The notes under the pieces: model-generated
Seen by the model: the letters and a program-made list of their open reading frames with translations, nothing else
Told to the model about the DNA's origin: nothing
Database searches by the model: none
Translations under genes and position numbers: made by a program
Shown: positions 25,396 through 37,021 of the stretch, in pieces
Numbering within the stretch: position 1 is the first letter of the stretch
Layout: every line of letters starts with the position of its first letter
Source: Octopus bimaculoides
Taxonomy: Eukaryota
Length of the DNA: 64,000 bases
Direction: 5' to 3'
Assembly: GCF_001194135.2 (NCBI RefSeq)
Contig: NC_068989.1
Location: 66,233,561-66,297,560, forward strand

Positions 25396-26295
25396 AAACC
25401 ACCTTCATTATATATAACAATTATAGTTTATAAATATTATTCGTTATTCAATAATGCTTATAGCATTACCGGAAGAGCTACCGGGTATTGTTTAATATAA
25501 ATTAGAAATTAAGCTAATAAACTTAATGCATAAAATTGATTGAAATTGATCTTTAATCTTCATAACGGTCACATTTTATTTTATAATTCAGTCCAACATG
25601 AAAGTTAAGGATAAATTTTAATGGAAACATGTGCTTTATGGCTTTCTTATGAAGTAATTTCTATACAACTGAACCCGGTGAAAGCAAATATAATGAAGCC
25701 AATCTCAGGGTCATCTAAGTGTGTTATTGGTTCATATTCAATTAATGTCTAACCATTGAAAACTAAGAGTTGACAGCTACCACTCATTAATGTTCGTAAT
25801 TTTTTCTTTAGGAACAATATCAGTGTACTATGAGACACGTTGTAATTGAATGAAGAGTTATATGTGTGTGTGTGTGTGTGTGTGTCTGCATGCATGTGTC
25901 TGCATGTATGTATGTATGTGTGCGTGCGTATATTGTAGACACAATTATAAGCCGTCACCGTCTATTGACTATATAAAATAGTCTGATGTTAGGGTGCGAA
26001 TAAATATATATATATATATATAGTCAAAAGATGAAATCCAGAGATTCTCAGTATAGAAGACACTTAATAGTGCTCAAAATACTCAAACTTAGACTCCGAT
26101 TCTAACTTATACAGCCACTATATTGACCGTACCGGCAATGCTTCCAGAATTCTAAGACAAAAGACCCATAAATTGCAACAATTAGCAGCTAATTAAAGTA
26201 ATGGTGAATCGGCAGAGTCGTTAGAGCGTCGGACTGCCAGCGCCTTGCAGCATTTATTTCGTCTTTTGCGTTCTGAGTTCAATACCCAACGGGCA

Positions 26296-26529
26296 TTTTT
26301 ACTCTCTTACTTGTTTCAGTCACTTGAGTGTGGCCATGCTGGAGCACCGCTTTTAGTCCAGTAAACCGACCCAAGACTTATTCTTTGTAAGCCTAGTACT
26401 TATTCTATCGGTCTCTTTTGCCGAACCGCTAAGTTACGGGGACGTAAACACACCAGCATCGGTTGTCAAGCAATGCTAGGGGGACAAGCACAGACACACA
26501 AACATATACACACACAAACATATACACAC

Positions 26530-26561
<32 letters not shown>

Positions 26562-26729
26562 GTATATATACATATATACGACGGGCTTCTTTCAGTTCCC
26601 GTCTACCAAATCCACTCACAAGGCTTTGGTCGGCCCGAGGCTATAGTAGAAGACACTTGCCCAAGGTGCCACGCAGTGGGACTGAACCCGGAACCATGTG
26701 GTTGGTAGCAACCTACTTACCACACAGCC
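26296..26729 (-). mobile_element. SINE group A, near full length
   Basis: Matches group A head, body and tail. Confidence 0.93.
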
Positions 26730-26741
26730 GTGCGTGTGTAG

Positions 26742-27030
26742 ATATTACGTTGACTGATAAATTTGTTCGTTTCTTTCTAATTTGAATTAACCAAAAAATA
26801 TTTAAAAAGAAATAACCATGGAGATACGCGCCAGTCCACTAAGAAATTGATCCAGAATTTAGGATGCTCTCATGACACTGTTGCCTGCCACTTTCACTTG
26901 ATGGGTAAGCTTCAAGCAACCCAACCGGAAACACAGCGCGACACGACAGCGTTGGCTCTTACGTCGGCTGGAAAGTTCTGCCACAGCCATTGTATTCTCC
27001 TGATATAGCGTCCGCTAAAGATACTCAAAA
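26742..27030 (+). mobile_element. Highly deleted mariner remnant
   Basis: TIR-like tattacgttgactgataaattt; reads KLIQNLGCSHDTVACHFHLMGKLQ (HTH) then GWKVLPQPLYSPDIAS (YSPDLAP-like motif). Confidence 0.72.
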
Positions 27031-27782
27031 GGTCACAGAAGGGTGTTAAACCGGGTGACAGGTTGTCCACCCCAAGTAATCTTTGGCATTGTTTGAACTC
27101 AGGACACAAAGAGCTGGAACAAATTCCCTAAGGCATTCTACCTCGAGGCTCTACCGATTCCACCATTTCACCTCCCTGGACTGGTGCTCTATAAGTCAAT
27201 ACCAGAAGGAGAAATGTCAAATTTGATTACGTCAGGTTTTGAAATCAAAGCGCAAAAAGCCGAAATAAATATTGCAAAGTGTCGGCAGTCCGACGCTCAA
27301 ACGACTCTACTAATTCACCATTGTTTTCATTAGTTGCTAATTGTTGTAATTTATGGTTTGTATGGCTTAGAATTCTGGAAGCATTCCAGGCACGGTCAGT
27401 GTATTGGCTGTACTTTAGTTTGAAATACTGTTTATGAAAGTGAAACCAAAAGAGAATTTACGTTGTAATGCAAATTGTTATTCACAAGCCAACAAGGTGA
27501 CCTGGATGCAATTTGCCCGCAAGCTAGAAATAGTAACCATTTTTTTTTCTTTTTCAAATCACACCCTATCGTCTTGAAAATTAAAAAAAGACATTGAAAT
27601 CAAATAGTTATAGATTGCATAATCAATAGCTGGAAAACCTTTGATCGCAGATTTATTTTGAGAAAGGTTGCATTAGGCCAAACAACAGGAACAAAAGCTC
27701 GTCATTTCGCAGTTGGTTCAAACATTTGTCCACTCGCTTGACTTGAAAGATAATACTGTTCAATTTTATAAAGTGATACCAG

Positions 27783-27945
27783 CATTTCGTACATCTTCAC
27801 ATTTTGAGTTTAAATTCCACCGAGGTCGACTTTGCTTTTCATCCTTTCGGAGTTGATAAATTAAGTACCAGTTGAATACTGGGTCGATGTAATCGAATTA
27901 CCCCCTCCCCTGAACTTGCTGTTCTTGTGCCAAAATTTGAAACCA
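27783..27945 (+). mobile_element. SINE group B copy
   Basis: ccgaggtcgactttgcttttcatcctttcgg..ttaagtaccagttg. Confidence 0.85.
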
Positions 27946-28189
27946 GCATTCTAAACGGATAAATTCGGACTGATGTTTTTCTTCATGCATGTTATAGAAA
28001 CATCATTTCGGCTGTTATTCCATCCGGCCTCCTTCAGTTGCCTGTCCTGTTCAATAATCTTTTCAGAATCTCGAACCGAAGTATTTATTATCAAAACCAT
28101 GCGTTAGATTGTTGCTGTTCTGTTGTCCATACCAGGTATATTTTCTACTTGATATTTTCCTGTTGTTATTCAACTAGAGTAGCAGTATC

Positions 28190-28530
28190 AAGTGGATCTT
28201 CCTCGTTCGATAACGAAGATTAGTTGTTCGATCAACTATATTAATCCTGGATTAGCGTATAAATGACAGACCATTTCACAGACACGTCTACCTCTAACGT
28301 AATTCTCGGAGAGAATCAACATGTTCAACTGTGGTACAATGCTGTATCTTTTAAATTACATGTACGATCTACTAGACGGGCATCTATATACTTTCTGTTC
28401 ATCCAGTTTCACTTACAAGATATAAGTCTAGCCAAGGATACAGTGAAAGGCATTTGCCCAAGATGCTACGCCGCAGGATTGAACCTGGAACTTCGTGGCT
28501 GCAAAAGGAACTTCTTACCCATTCAGCTAT
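28190..28530 (-). mobile_element. Old SINE remnants: group C tail 2 (about 28190-28345) and group A head (about 28395-28530)
   Basis: cacagacacgtctacctctaacgtaattctcgg matches 35111 and 48510 copies; ttgcccaagatgctacgc matches the group A head. Confidence 0.6.
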
Positions 28531-28679
28531 TCAGTGTATACTGAACCAAAGTGCATGTAGATTAAGTAACCCAGAAAGCGAATTTGCAAACCCACTGGCT
28601 AAACTATAACTGAATACAAGCATTGATTTTCTATCAACAATTAAGTGAAGTAGTTTAGTTCAGTTTCTGAACCAGTCAA

Positions 28680-28717
<38 letters not shown>

Positions 28718-29439
28718 CGTAAAATAAAGAAGAGTGGAGTTTAAGGTATAACTTGTATTCCATGGTTTAACACTGTCTCAACAATTTGAGACGGCAATCA
28801 TGCATCATGTCTATAGTGATAGGTGATAACGAAGATTTGTCATGCATATCATGTAATATATTACACAATAGCACCAGCAGTGGTTTCATCAGAGCCGTTT
28901 CAACATAGAATACAGAAAAATTATTTGGCTGCTCACTTACATAAGGTCGTTTCTGTATAAATATTGTAGGTAACGCCACGAACTGAATTGATTGCACGAA
29001 GATGGCAGTCAGTTGAATGTGATATTATAATTAGCTTGAAATCAATTGATGTAAGGGTGATATAATTTGTTCCATTTGATGTACTAATATGGAGACTGAT
29101 TGGTTGCTTGACCAAAACGACAGACACACTAACTGGAGTTGAGTTAGTACGTTAACGTAGTAGTTATGCTAATATAGGTAGACATACATACATACAGAAA
29201 GACAAGAGAGAGGGGACGAAAGCTACAGTGAAATTGCTGTGATGTATTCATCGTTTCGAAATGAGTCCTTTCTCACGGTAAAGATCTACCCTGTCCGAAG
29301 CGTTTTATACTCTACTCACCAAGCAATTTCGGTGTACGTTTGGTATAATTTTTGCCAAATAATAAAGCCTTGGCAACGCAACGCAGAACAACATGAGTCT
29401 TCCTGGATTTGCCTTATCATTTACATATATATATATATG

Positions 29440-29482
<43 letters not shown>

Positions 29483-29715
29483 TCTGGTCAAATCTACCCG
29501 TTAGGATAAAAAATATTCCCGTTCCGAGTTACGAGAATATTTCCGTAAACTATGTTACCGGCTAAAGGGTACAACGGCCAAACTGCAGTGAATATAAAAA
29601 CATAGATGGTGACACTAGTCTGACTATATTAGCGTAAAATATGAATAATTCCTCCTTTCACAAATTGAGGCAATTTTCTGACTAGTAAGTAAGTACAGTA
29701 ATTTGAATAAAAGTT

Positions 29716-29852
29716 TATTCTACTATACACACAAGGCCTGAAAATTTTGATAGGCGAGGTAAGTCGAATAATTCGACCCCATTGCATATCTAGTAGTTAT
29801 TTCAACGACTCCGAAAGTATGAAAGGCAAAGTCGACCTCCGCAGAATCTAAG
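29716..29852 (-). mobile_element. SINE group B partial copy
   Basis: gaaaggcaaagtcgacctc motif. Confidence 0.75.
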
Positions 29853-30660
29853 CCTTTTCGAAATGACAGAAGCAACAGAAGAAACAAGCTATCTCGTTGG
29901 CCAGCTGTTTTCTGCGATGAATGATTACTTATTTTCAGTATAGTACTACACGCTTCAAGTTTCCGTTATTGTGGAAACCGTTATTGTGAATGCCATTTTT
30001 GCAGAGCCGTTATTTCGAGGGTTTGCTTTAATGTTTTAGAAAAAAAAATAGGAGTACCTTACGATGCACAAAGTTGTGTAATCAAACTAAAATAAGAAAT
30101 ATCTGACAAAACTGGATTATATTTTTTTGTTGTTTGCTGGGTTTTTCATTTTTTTTTTTTTTTTGTATTCTACGCCATTAATAATGCTGGTTCAATCTGT
30201 AATATTCCAGATAAGCAATAAAATACACTTCTAAAGAACCGCCGTTTTCGATTGAAATGTTTAATCTTTGAACCGTTTCCATATACACATTAATCCTATT
30301 TCCCCATTTGATACTTCCTTTCTCTCTCTCCCTCTCTCTCTCTCTCACCCTCTCTCTTTCTCTCTCACTCTCACTTTCTTTCTCTCGGCGTCTATTTCTC
30401 TATCTCTTCCCACACCTCTCATCACAGTTTATTGCTAATATATCTTAACTGTCAACAAATGCGCTTCTAAGACATTGATAACAATAACCTCTCATTTGTG
30501 CATTTCATTGATAATTTGGCTATTGAGTAAACTGTTAATGGCTGGTGTTCTGTTAATGCAGGAAACGTATATATATTTATACATGCACACATGCATACAT
30601 GTATATATATAATACATGTATGAATATATAGATGCATATGTATATATACATATACAGATG

Positions 30661-30696
<36 letters not shown>

Positions 30697-31039
30697 NNNN
30701 NNNNNNNNNNNNNNNNNNNNNNNNNNNNNNNNNNNNNNNNNNNNNNNNNNNNNNNNNNNNNNNNNNNNNNNNNNNNNNNNNNNNNNNNNNNNNNNNNNNN
30801 NNNNNNNNNNNNNNNNNNNNNNNNNNNNNNNNNNNNNNNNNNNNNNNNNNNNNNNNNNNNNNNNNNNNNNNNNNNNNNNNNNNNNNNNNNNNNNNNNNNN
30901 NNNNNNNNNNNNNNNNNNNNNNNNNNNNNNNNNNNNNNNNNNNNNNNNNNNNNNNNNNNNNNNNNNNNNNNNNNNNNNNNNNNNNNNNNNNNNNNNNNNN
31001 NNNNNNNNNNNNNNNNNNNNNNNNNNNNNNNNNNTATAC

Positions 31040-31072
<33 letters not shown>

Positions 31073-32522
31073 TGTATGTATGTATGTATATGCAAGTAGT
31101 GTTACATGTCTTGTTTGTCTTTCCGATCTGTCTAACGTAAATGTCATTTGAAAGGAAATGCAATATGTGAAAATAAATTCATTCATACTTATGTCTTCAT
31201 AAATGAAATACCGATAAACACTTTTTTGCCTTTTCATCAGTAATTTATTCCATTTGTGATAAATACAATGTTCCAAGAAATTATTTATCGCAGACAAAAA
31301 TGAAAGACAGAAATGGTAAGACTAGCATTATGAACGATAGAGGTGTTAATTTGGTAGATTCTGTAGAGCATCAACAAAATACTTCTGCAATATTTTTTCC
31401 GGTTTTTTATGAATTCAAATCCTACCCGGTTTCAACTTTACATTCATACTCCCGATGGCCAGTAAAATAAAGTACCATTTTAGAACTTTATTATAATCGA
31501 CTGTCAATCTATACAGCATGTATAGATTGACACTGATAGTTCAAATGGCACTCCGGTAGAAATGTAACTGTAGTCTCATCAATATTGTTAATCTCTAAAT
31601 ATTGTCAACACAACGCACATTAACAAATCATTTTGTCCTTTTTTTTTTTTTTACATTCTTTCTGGAATAAGACAAATTTACTGTACTCATACATTTACGC
31701 TTGCATTGTATGAAAACGTGCATTTAACTGACACCCATTATCATGTTATGAAGCCATGTGGTATTTGTATTAACCTTTAAGAACCTAATTTATTTATTTT
31801 CATCCTGCAGTAATATATCTTCAACATTGCTTTAAGAATATTCTAATGGACATTCTGTCTAAATTCTTATTGAGAAAAAAAAACATAGAATAAACCGTCA
31901 GGTGAGATTATGACCTTATAGTTAAAAGGATCATAGTCTATCATTTCTAATGCAATATGACTTTACACTCGCGATACGCAAATGCTAGCAACAAAGAACA
32001 AAGGAAATGAAATAAGTACCTGGTACAATATTAAAATTCAAGTTATAGCTGACATAAAGTGTTTGAATAGATTCTATAGTGTTTCAATCATTATTTCCGT
32101 GTTCCATGTTAACGTGAAATACCTGCAATGTACTTGATTTAACGGCCAGCATTTGCTGGAGAATAAGGTATTATCGTCTTGCATTTGTAAGATATGCCAG
32201 TGAAAATAATGTCACTGGTATCTATCTATATATGTAAATATAGATAACTTTCTTTTATTAGCCACACAGGGCTGCACACAGAGGGGACAAATACAACTGT
32301 AAAGCTTTTCTTTATAAAAAAAAAAAAGGAAAAAGAAAAGGTAAAATAAAAATTAACAAATCCGATCAAAAGGGATCGGTAGGGGCCAAAAAAAATTTTT
32401 TTAATAAAAAAAATTAAAAAAAGGGTATCGTATATCACAGAAAATGTCAATTGTGTAAAATGGGGTAACATTAGGTTTATCCACGGAGAGAAAAGCCTAC
32501 GGAAAAGACCATGGTAATCTCT

Positions 32523-32596
<74 letters not shown>

Positions 32597-32598
32597 GA

Positions 32599-32629
<31 letters not shown>

Positions 32630-32730
32630 ATAATACATTGCAAAGAAACGTTCTTTTATGGGACCGTTGTGAGTAGGAAGTAATGGATCAATCATAATAA
32701 GAATGTCAACGACACTGATCCTTCCTCGGG

Positions 32731-32932
32731 GGTCTCAGGAAGTGGTTAGTAGAAACGACGATGTAGTCCTTAGACTACTTTCCCTGAATTATTTGTAAGG
32801 ATGCCCAGAAAGATGCCCTGCATCCTTACATAGAGTCCGTGAAGGTCTCTGGTCTGAGGATGACACAGAATGTTCCTGGTCGGCTAGGTCTGAGGACAAC
32901 TTCAACGCTTCTACCTACCACTCTCAGAGACC
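32731..32932. repeat. Old foldback (imperfect palindrome)
   Basis: 32731-32775 versus reverse complement of 32888-32932: 34/45; inner perfect 11-bp stem 32794-32804 / 32820-32830. Confidence 0.75.
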
Positions 32933-33557
32933 AAGTGTCAAGTGGTGGTGGTGGTGGTTGTGTCGTTGGTGCTAGTGGGCCACATTTTAGTTTTATTTTA
33001 CTATCTGAGAACATGTGTAATCTATCTGCACAGTGTTGTCTACACCACTTCGATCACATGGCTTAGGTCAGCCTGTAATATAGTAAAAGACAATTGCTTA
33101 AAGTACCACACAGTGACATCGAACATGGAACGACATTATTGCAAACTGGAAATATTAACTATACGGTTATGTCATATGTTACTGGTACTTACCTGCCTAG
33201 ACAGACAGGAAATTATTTTCGTTGTGGCTATGAAACTGCATTACGGTCGCGGCTTGGCATATACGTTCAAGTATGCATATACGAACTAAGCATAACAATG
33301 ACCTTGTACTGAACATGGAGAGTGAAATGGTAAATTGAGACATTCATGCCTTTCTGATAGCCGTTTTAAGTTAAATGAAAGCACCTATTTGAAATCAAAG
33401 CGGAGCTGCCGGTTCGAATTGTAAGAAGCTTGCTTTCTACTCTATTGCATGGGTCAATATATTTAGTTATTAGTTCCTTAATATAATATACCTATATCCT
33501 TGTTCTGCTCTTCCACACACGATGTTTGAACATTGGATAATTAAAGAAACATAACGC

Positions 33558-33772
33558 AGCAAGCTGGTAGAATCGTCAGAGCATCAGACAAAATGCTTAG
33601 TAATATGTCTTTCGGCTTTTTACGCTCTGAGGTCAAATGTCGCCAAAGTCGACTTTGCCTTTCATCGTTACGGGGTCGATAAAATAAATTATTAGTCAAG
33701 TACTAGGGTCGATGTAATAGAGCAAACTCTTCCCCTAGAATTGCTGGTCTCGTGCCAAAAATAGAAACAATT
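33558..33772 (+). mobile_element. SINE group B copy
   Basis: gctggtagaatcgtcagagcatcagac head; aagtcgactttgcctttcatcg body. Confidence 0.85.
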
Positions 33773-34249
33773 AAGAAAGTATAGCATAAACATTTTATAC
33801 GCTTTGCTGGACTGTGATGGTCATGAGATTTGACTATCATGTTATATTATCTAAAAATATATTCAAATAAATCTTCACAGTAAGTACTTCAAAATTATCT
33901 TCTAACTGTAATTTAAATGTATCATGGAAACAAATTATTAGTTGCTAAGTAGAAATCAATTTTATGGAAACTGAATTGTTGTCTTAGATTAAATAAGCTA
34001 ATTTATATAATTGATTTTCACTTTTATTCTATTTGTTTTATATCACTTTTTTAATAACTTAGAGAAGAATGAACAGCACCCGTAAGGTTTTTTTTGTTTT
34101 TTTTGCAGGATCTCTGACGCTGGTGAGAGGACGAAACCAAAACTTGTGGATTATCTAAATATCTAGTCCGAATACTTGCAACATGAGGAGGAGATTTAAC
34201 TGTGCTCTATCAGGCATGAACAGGAACAAGTAAACTATACCACATCCAA

Positions 34250-34405
34250 TGGCTTCCGAACAGTTTCCATCTAACCAATTTCAATTATAGATCTGGTTTG
34301 CATCACCTCTAAACTATAGAAGATACATGTCCAAAATGTCACACAGTAGAATCTAATCCGAAAACACATGATAATGAATTGAGCAATTTAACCACACGGC
34401 CATAA
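34250..34405 (-). mobile_element. Old SINE group A head remnant
   Basis: cagtttccatctaaccaatttc..ctatagaagatacatgtccaa..aaccacacggcc. Confidence 0.55.
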
Positions 34406-35110
34406 GAGTGGAAGACAATAAACTGAGATAAAATGATTAAATCTTTCCCATTGCAGGGTATTGTATTATTTGTTACTGAATGTTGTAGTCACTTCGAAGA
34501 TGGTGTGTGATCTTGTTTGCATTTCCTAAGCCGACAGCTTTCTCAAATCGAGTTTATTGATTGTGACAAAGCTTGAGAGTTTAATGTGTTTATATACTAC
34601 ATACAAAAGTTGAATATTAGCTAAGGTTTAGAAAAGCCTCAAGGTACGATGAACAGCAGCTACATGTTATAGTTGTATTCTTCAGTTGTACATCGATGTA
34701 GAGAGGTCATGTGATTATTGAATTACTACCGGCACTATATTTATTTTGATTGACTCTTGTGCTGTCGATAATTGCGCTACCGACGAGGAATGATTTGTGT
34801 TTGCTAGAGTAAATATTTCGTGCTACAAACCTTCGATCAACAAAAAGTAAATTCGAATTATAATAATTAATCTTTATTATAATAATTAATCTCTATTATA
34901 TTAAGCTGTTTTCAATTAACGTGTTTCAATGATATGCACATCGAAATTGTTTAATCTATTAACTTGTCTATTTCATCAGTTCCTACACGAAATTAAATAT
35001 TAATCATTCTTTAAAGCGTTTATATATAAATGGAAATATTTGTTTCACGATTGTATTTTAAAACTTGTGATTAACAATTTATATATACATATATATATAT
35101 NNNNNNNNNN

Positions 35111-35350
35111 TGGCTGAGCACTCCACAGACACGTCTACCCTTAACGTAATTCTCAGGGAGATTCTGCCTGACACAGAGTGTGACAAGGCTGGCCCTTTGT
35201 AATACAGATACTACTCATTTTTGCCAGCTGAGTGGACTGGAGCAGCGTGAAATAAAGTGTCTTGCGCAAGGACACTACGCGTCACTGGGAATTGAACTCA
35301 CAACCTTACGATCGTAAACCGAATACCCTAACCACTAAGCCACGCACCTT
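35111..35350 (-). mobile_element. SINE group C (head + central domain + tail 2)
   Basis: ctaaccactaagccacgcacc head; actcatttttgccagctgagtggactggagc central domain; tggctgagcactccacagacacg tail. Confidence 0.88.
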
Positions 35351-35375
35351 CACATACATTCACACACACACATAC

Positions 35376-35439
<64 letters not shown>

Positions 35440-35502
35440 TCGCCATGATAGATCGATAGCCACTACACATTCTTTTTTTCTCTCCTTGTTTCTTTCTGTG
35501 TT

Positions 35503-35540
35503 TCTTTCTGTTGAAGAGCGTAGGCTCGAAACGTTAAAGA
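35503..35540 (+). ncRNA. Minimal type I hammerhead-like motif (Penelope-like), variant core
   Basis: tcttt-CTGTTGA-a-gagc-gtag-gctc-GAAA-CGT-T-aaaga: 5-bp stem I, 4-bp stem II, ACGT palindrome as stem III; A6>T change. Confidence 0.55.
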
Positions 35541-36157
35541 CTTTTTCACTTCCCGAGCGTTATACNNNNNNNNNNNNNNNNNNNNNNNNNNNNNNNNNNN
35601 NNNNNNNNNNNNNNNNNNNNNNNNNNNNNNNNNNNNNNNNNNNNNNNNNNNNNNNNNNNNNNNNNNTATATATACACTACATTGTTACCCGTCATATAAT
35701 GGTTAACTTTGGAAGATCACATTTCCGACAGTGGATACTATCAAGAATATGTCAATACAATAATCATCATGCAATTTTCATCAAATTTCTTGGTATCTAT
35801 ACAAATGAATACTAGCTTTCAAAAGACAAATATATGTAAAACTAATTTTAAATTTTCTCATTTGTATATTCGCAATGAATACGTTATTGTTTTTCTAAAT
35901 TTTATCAACATTATAGCAATCTCATGCATTGAAAATCTCTCTATGCAAAATTTCATTTAAAAAATGTTGTTTATTTTTCAGAACGTTATCATTACCTACT
36001 ATATGTCTAATTGTGCTCTCATCCTGCACACTAATGTTGACTCTATATATATCTCTTTTACTCTCTTCTCCCATCTCTCTAAACGAAGGAAAGTGTGACT
36101 GGAGAAATCGACCAACCAACTAATATTTATATCGGCTATTATTATATAGAAATATAT

Positions 36158-36362
36158 GGCTGCGAGCTGGCAGAATCATTAGCACGCCGGGCAAAATGCC
36201 TAGTGGCATTTCGTCCGTCTTTATGTTCTAAGTACAAATTCCGCCACAGTCGACTTTCATCCCTTTCGGGGTAGATAAGGAGAGTACCATCTGGGTACTG
36301 AGGTCGATGTAAACGACTTACTCTCTCCCCGAACTTGCTGGCCTTGTAACAAAATTGGATAT
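36158..36362 (+). mobile_element. SINE group B copy
   Basis: ggctgcgagctggcagaatcattagcacgccgggc head. Confidence 0.88.
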
Positions 36363-37021
36363 GATTGTTATATAGAAGTTTGGTTTAAATTAATAATTAA
36401 CACATCCAACCCAACTTGGATGTGTTGTTTATAACACCTTAAACTGCGGTAGACGTCTTGATAAATCGTTTCGTGTGGAAGTTGAAGGCTAAAAGACATC
36501 GAAATTCTGTTATCGGTTAATGAAATTCCGTAAGTACACTGGCAGAAGGCACTACCGTATCACATGGTTTCAACGTATTTTGAGCTTCTAGAATTCAACG
36601 GAATCACACTCATTGCCGGTTCCCTGAGCATGTTGTGAGTCAGAAACTATACGCTAACTCTAAAACTTTTGAAGAGATAAATACAATTTTGGCAAATGAT
36701 ACTCTCGTATTAGTTAAAATCAGCGTAAAATATCGAAATAGATTTAATGAGTAAGTCTTAAATTAGTTGCATAGAGTATCAGAAGTTTTCGATTTTGAAT
36801 TTGTTTTGCATGAATTTTTATCTAAAACCGTGTGTTGAAATTAATAGTTATATTTGAGGAGAGTCACAGTTGATAAAATCTATAAGCACAATTATTGGTT
36901 ATTGTTTTTCTGCATTTCACTTCTTTTACTTTTGTCAAAGCAGTTGATGTCTGTTTATGCTCCCCAAAATATTTTTTAGTGTATCGATCTATATCCTTTC
37001 CGATGAGTTTATAATTCGATC

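Larger units (their letters stand above)
26110..27412. repeat. Long imperfect inverted repeat (about 175-bp arms) with TA termini enclosing a SINE and a mariner remnant
   Basis: 26110-26259 versus reverse complement of 27263-27412: 124/150 identical without gaps; ends TA|CAGCC..GGCTG|TA. Confidence 0.88.

Noticed and set aside
34114-34140. ctgacgctggtgagaggacgaaac, resembling a classic hammerhead core
   Set aside because: A9 is missing, stem II cannot pair, and no stem III/NUH partner follows.
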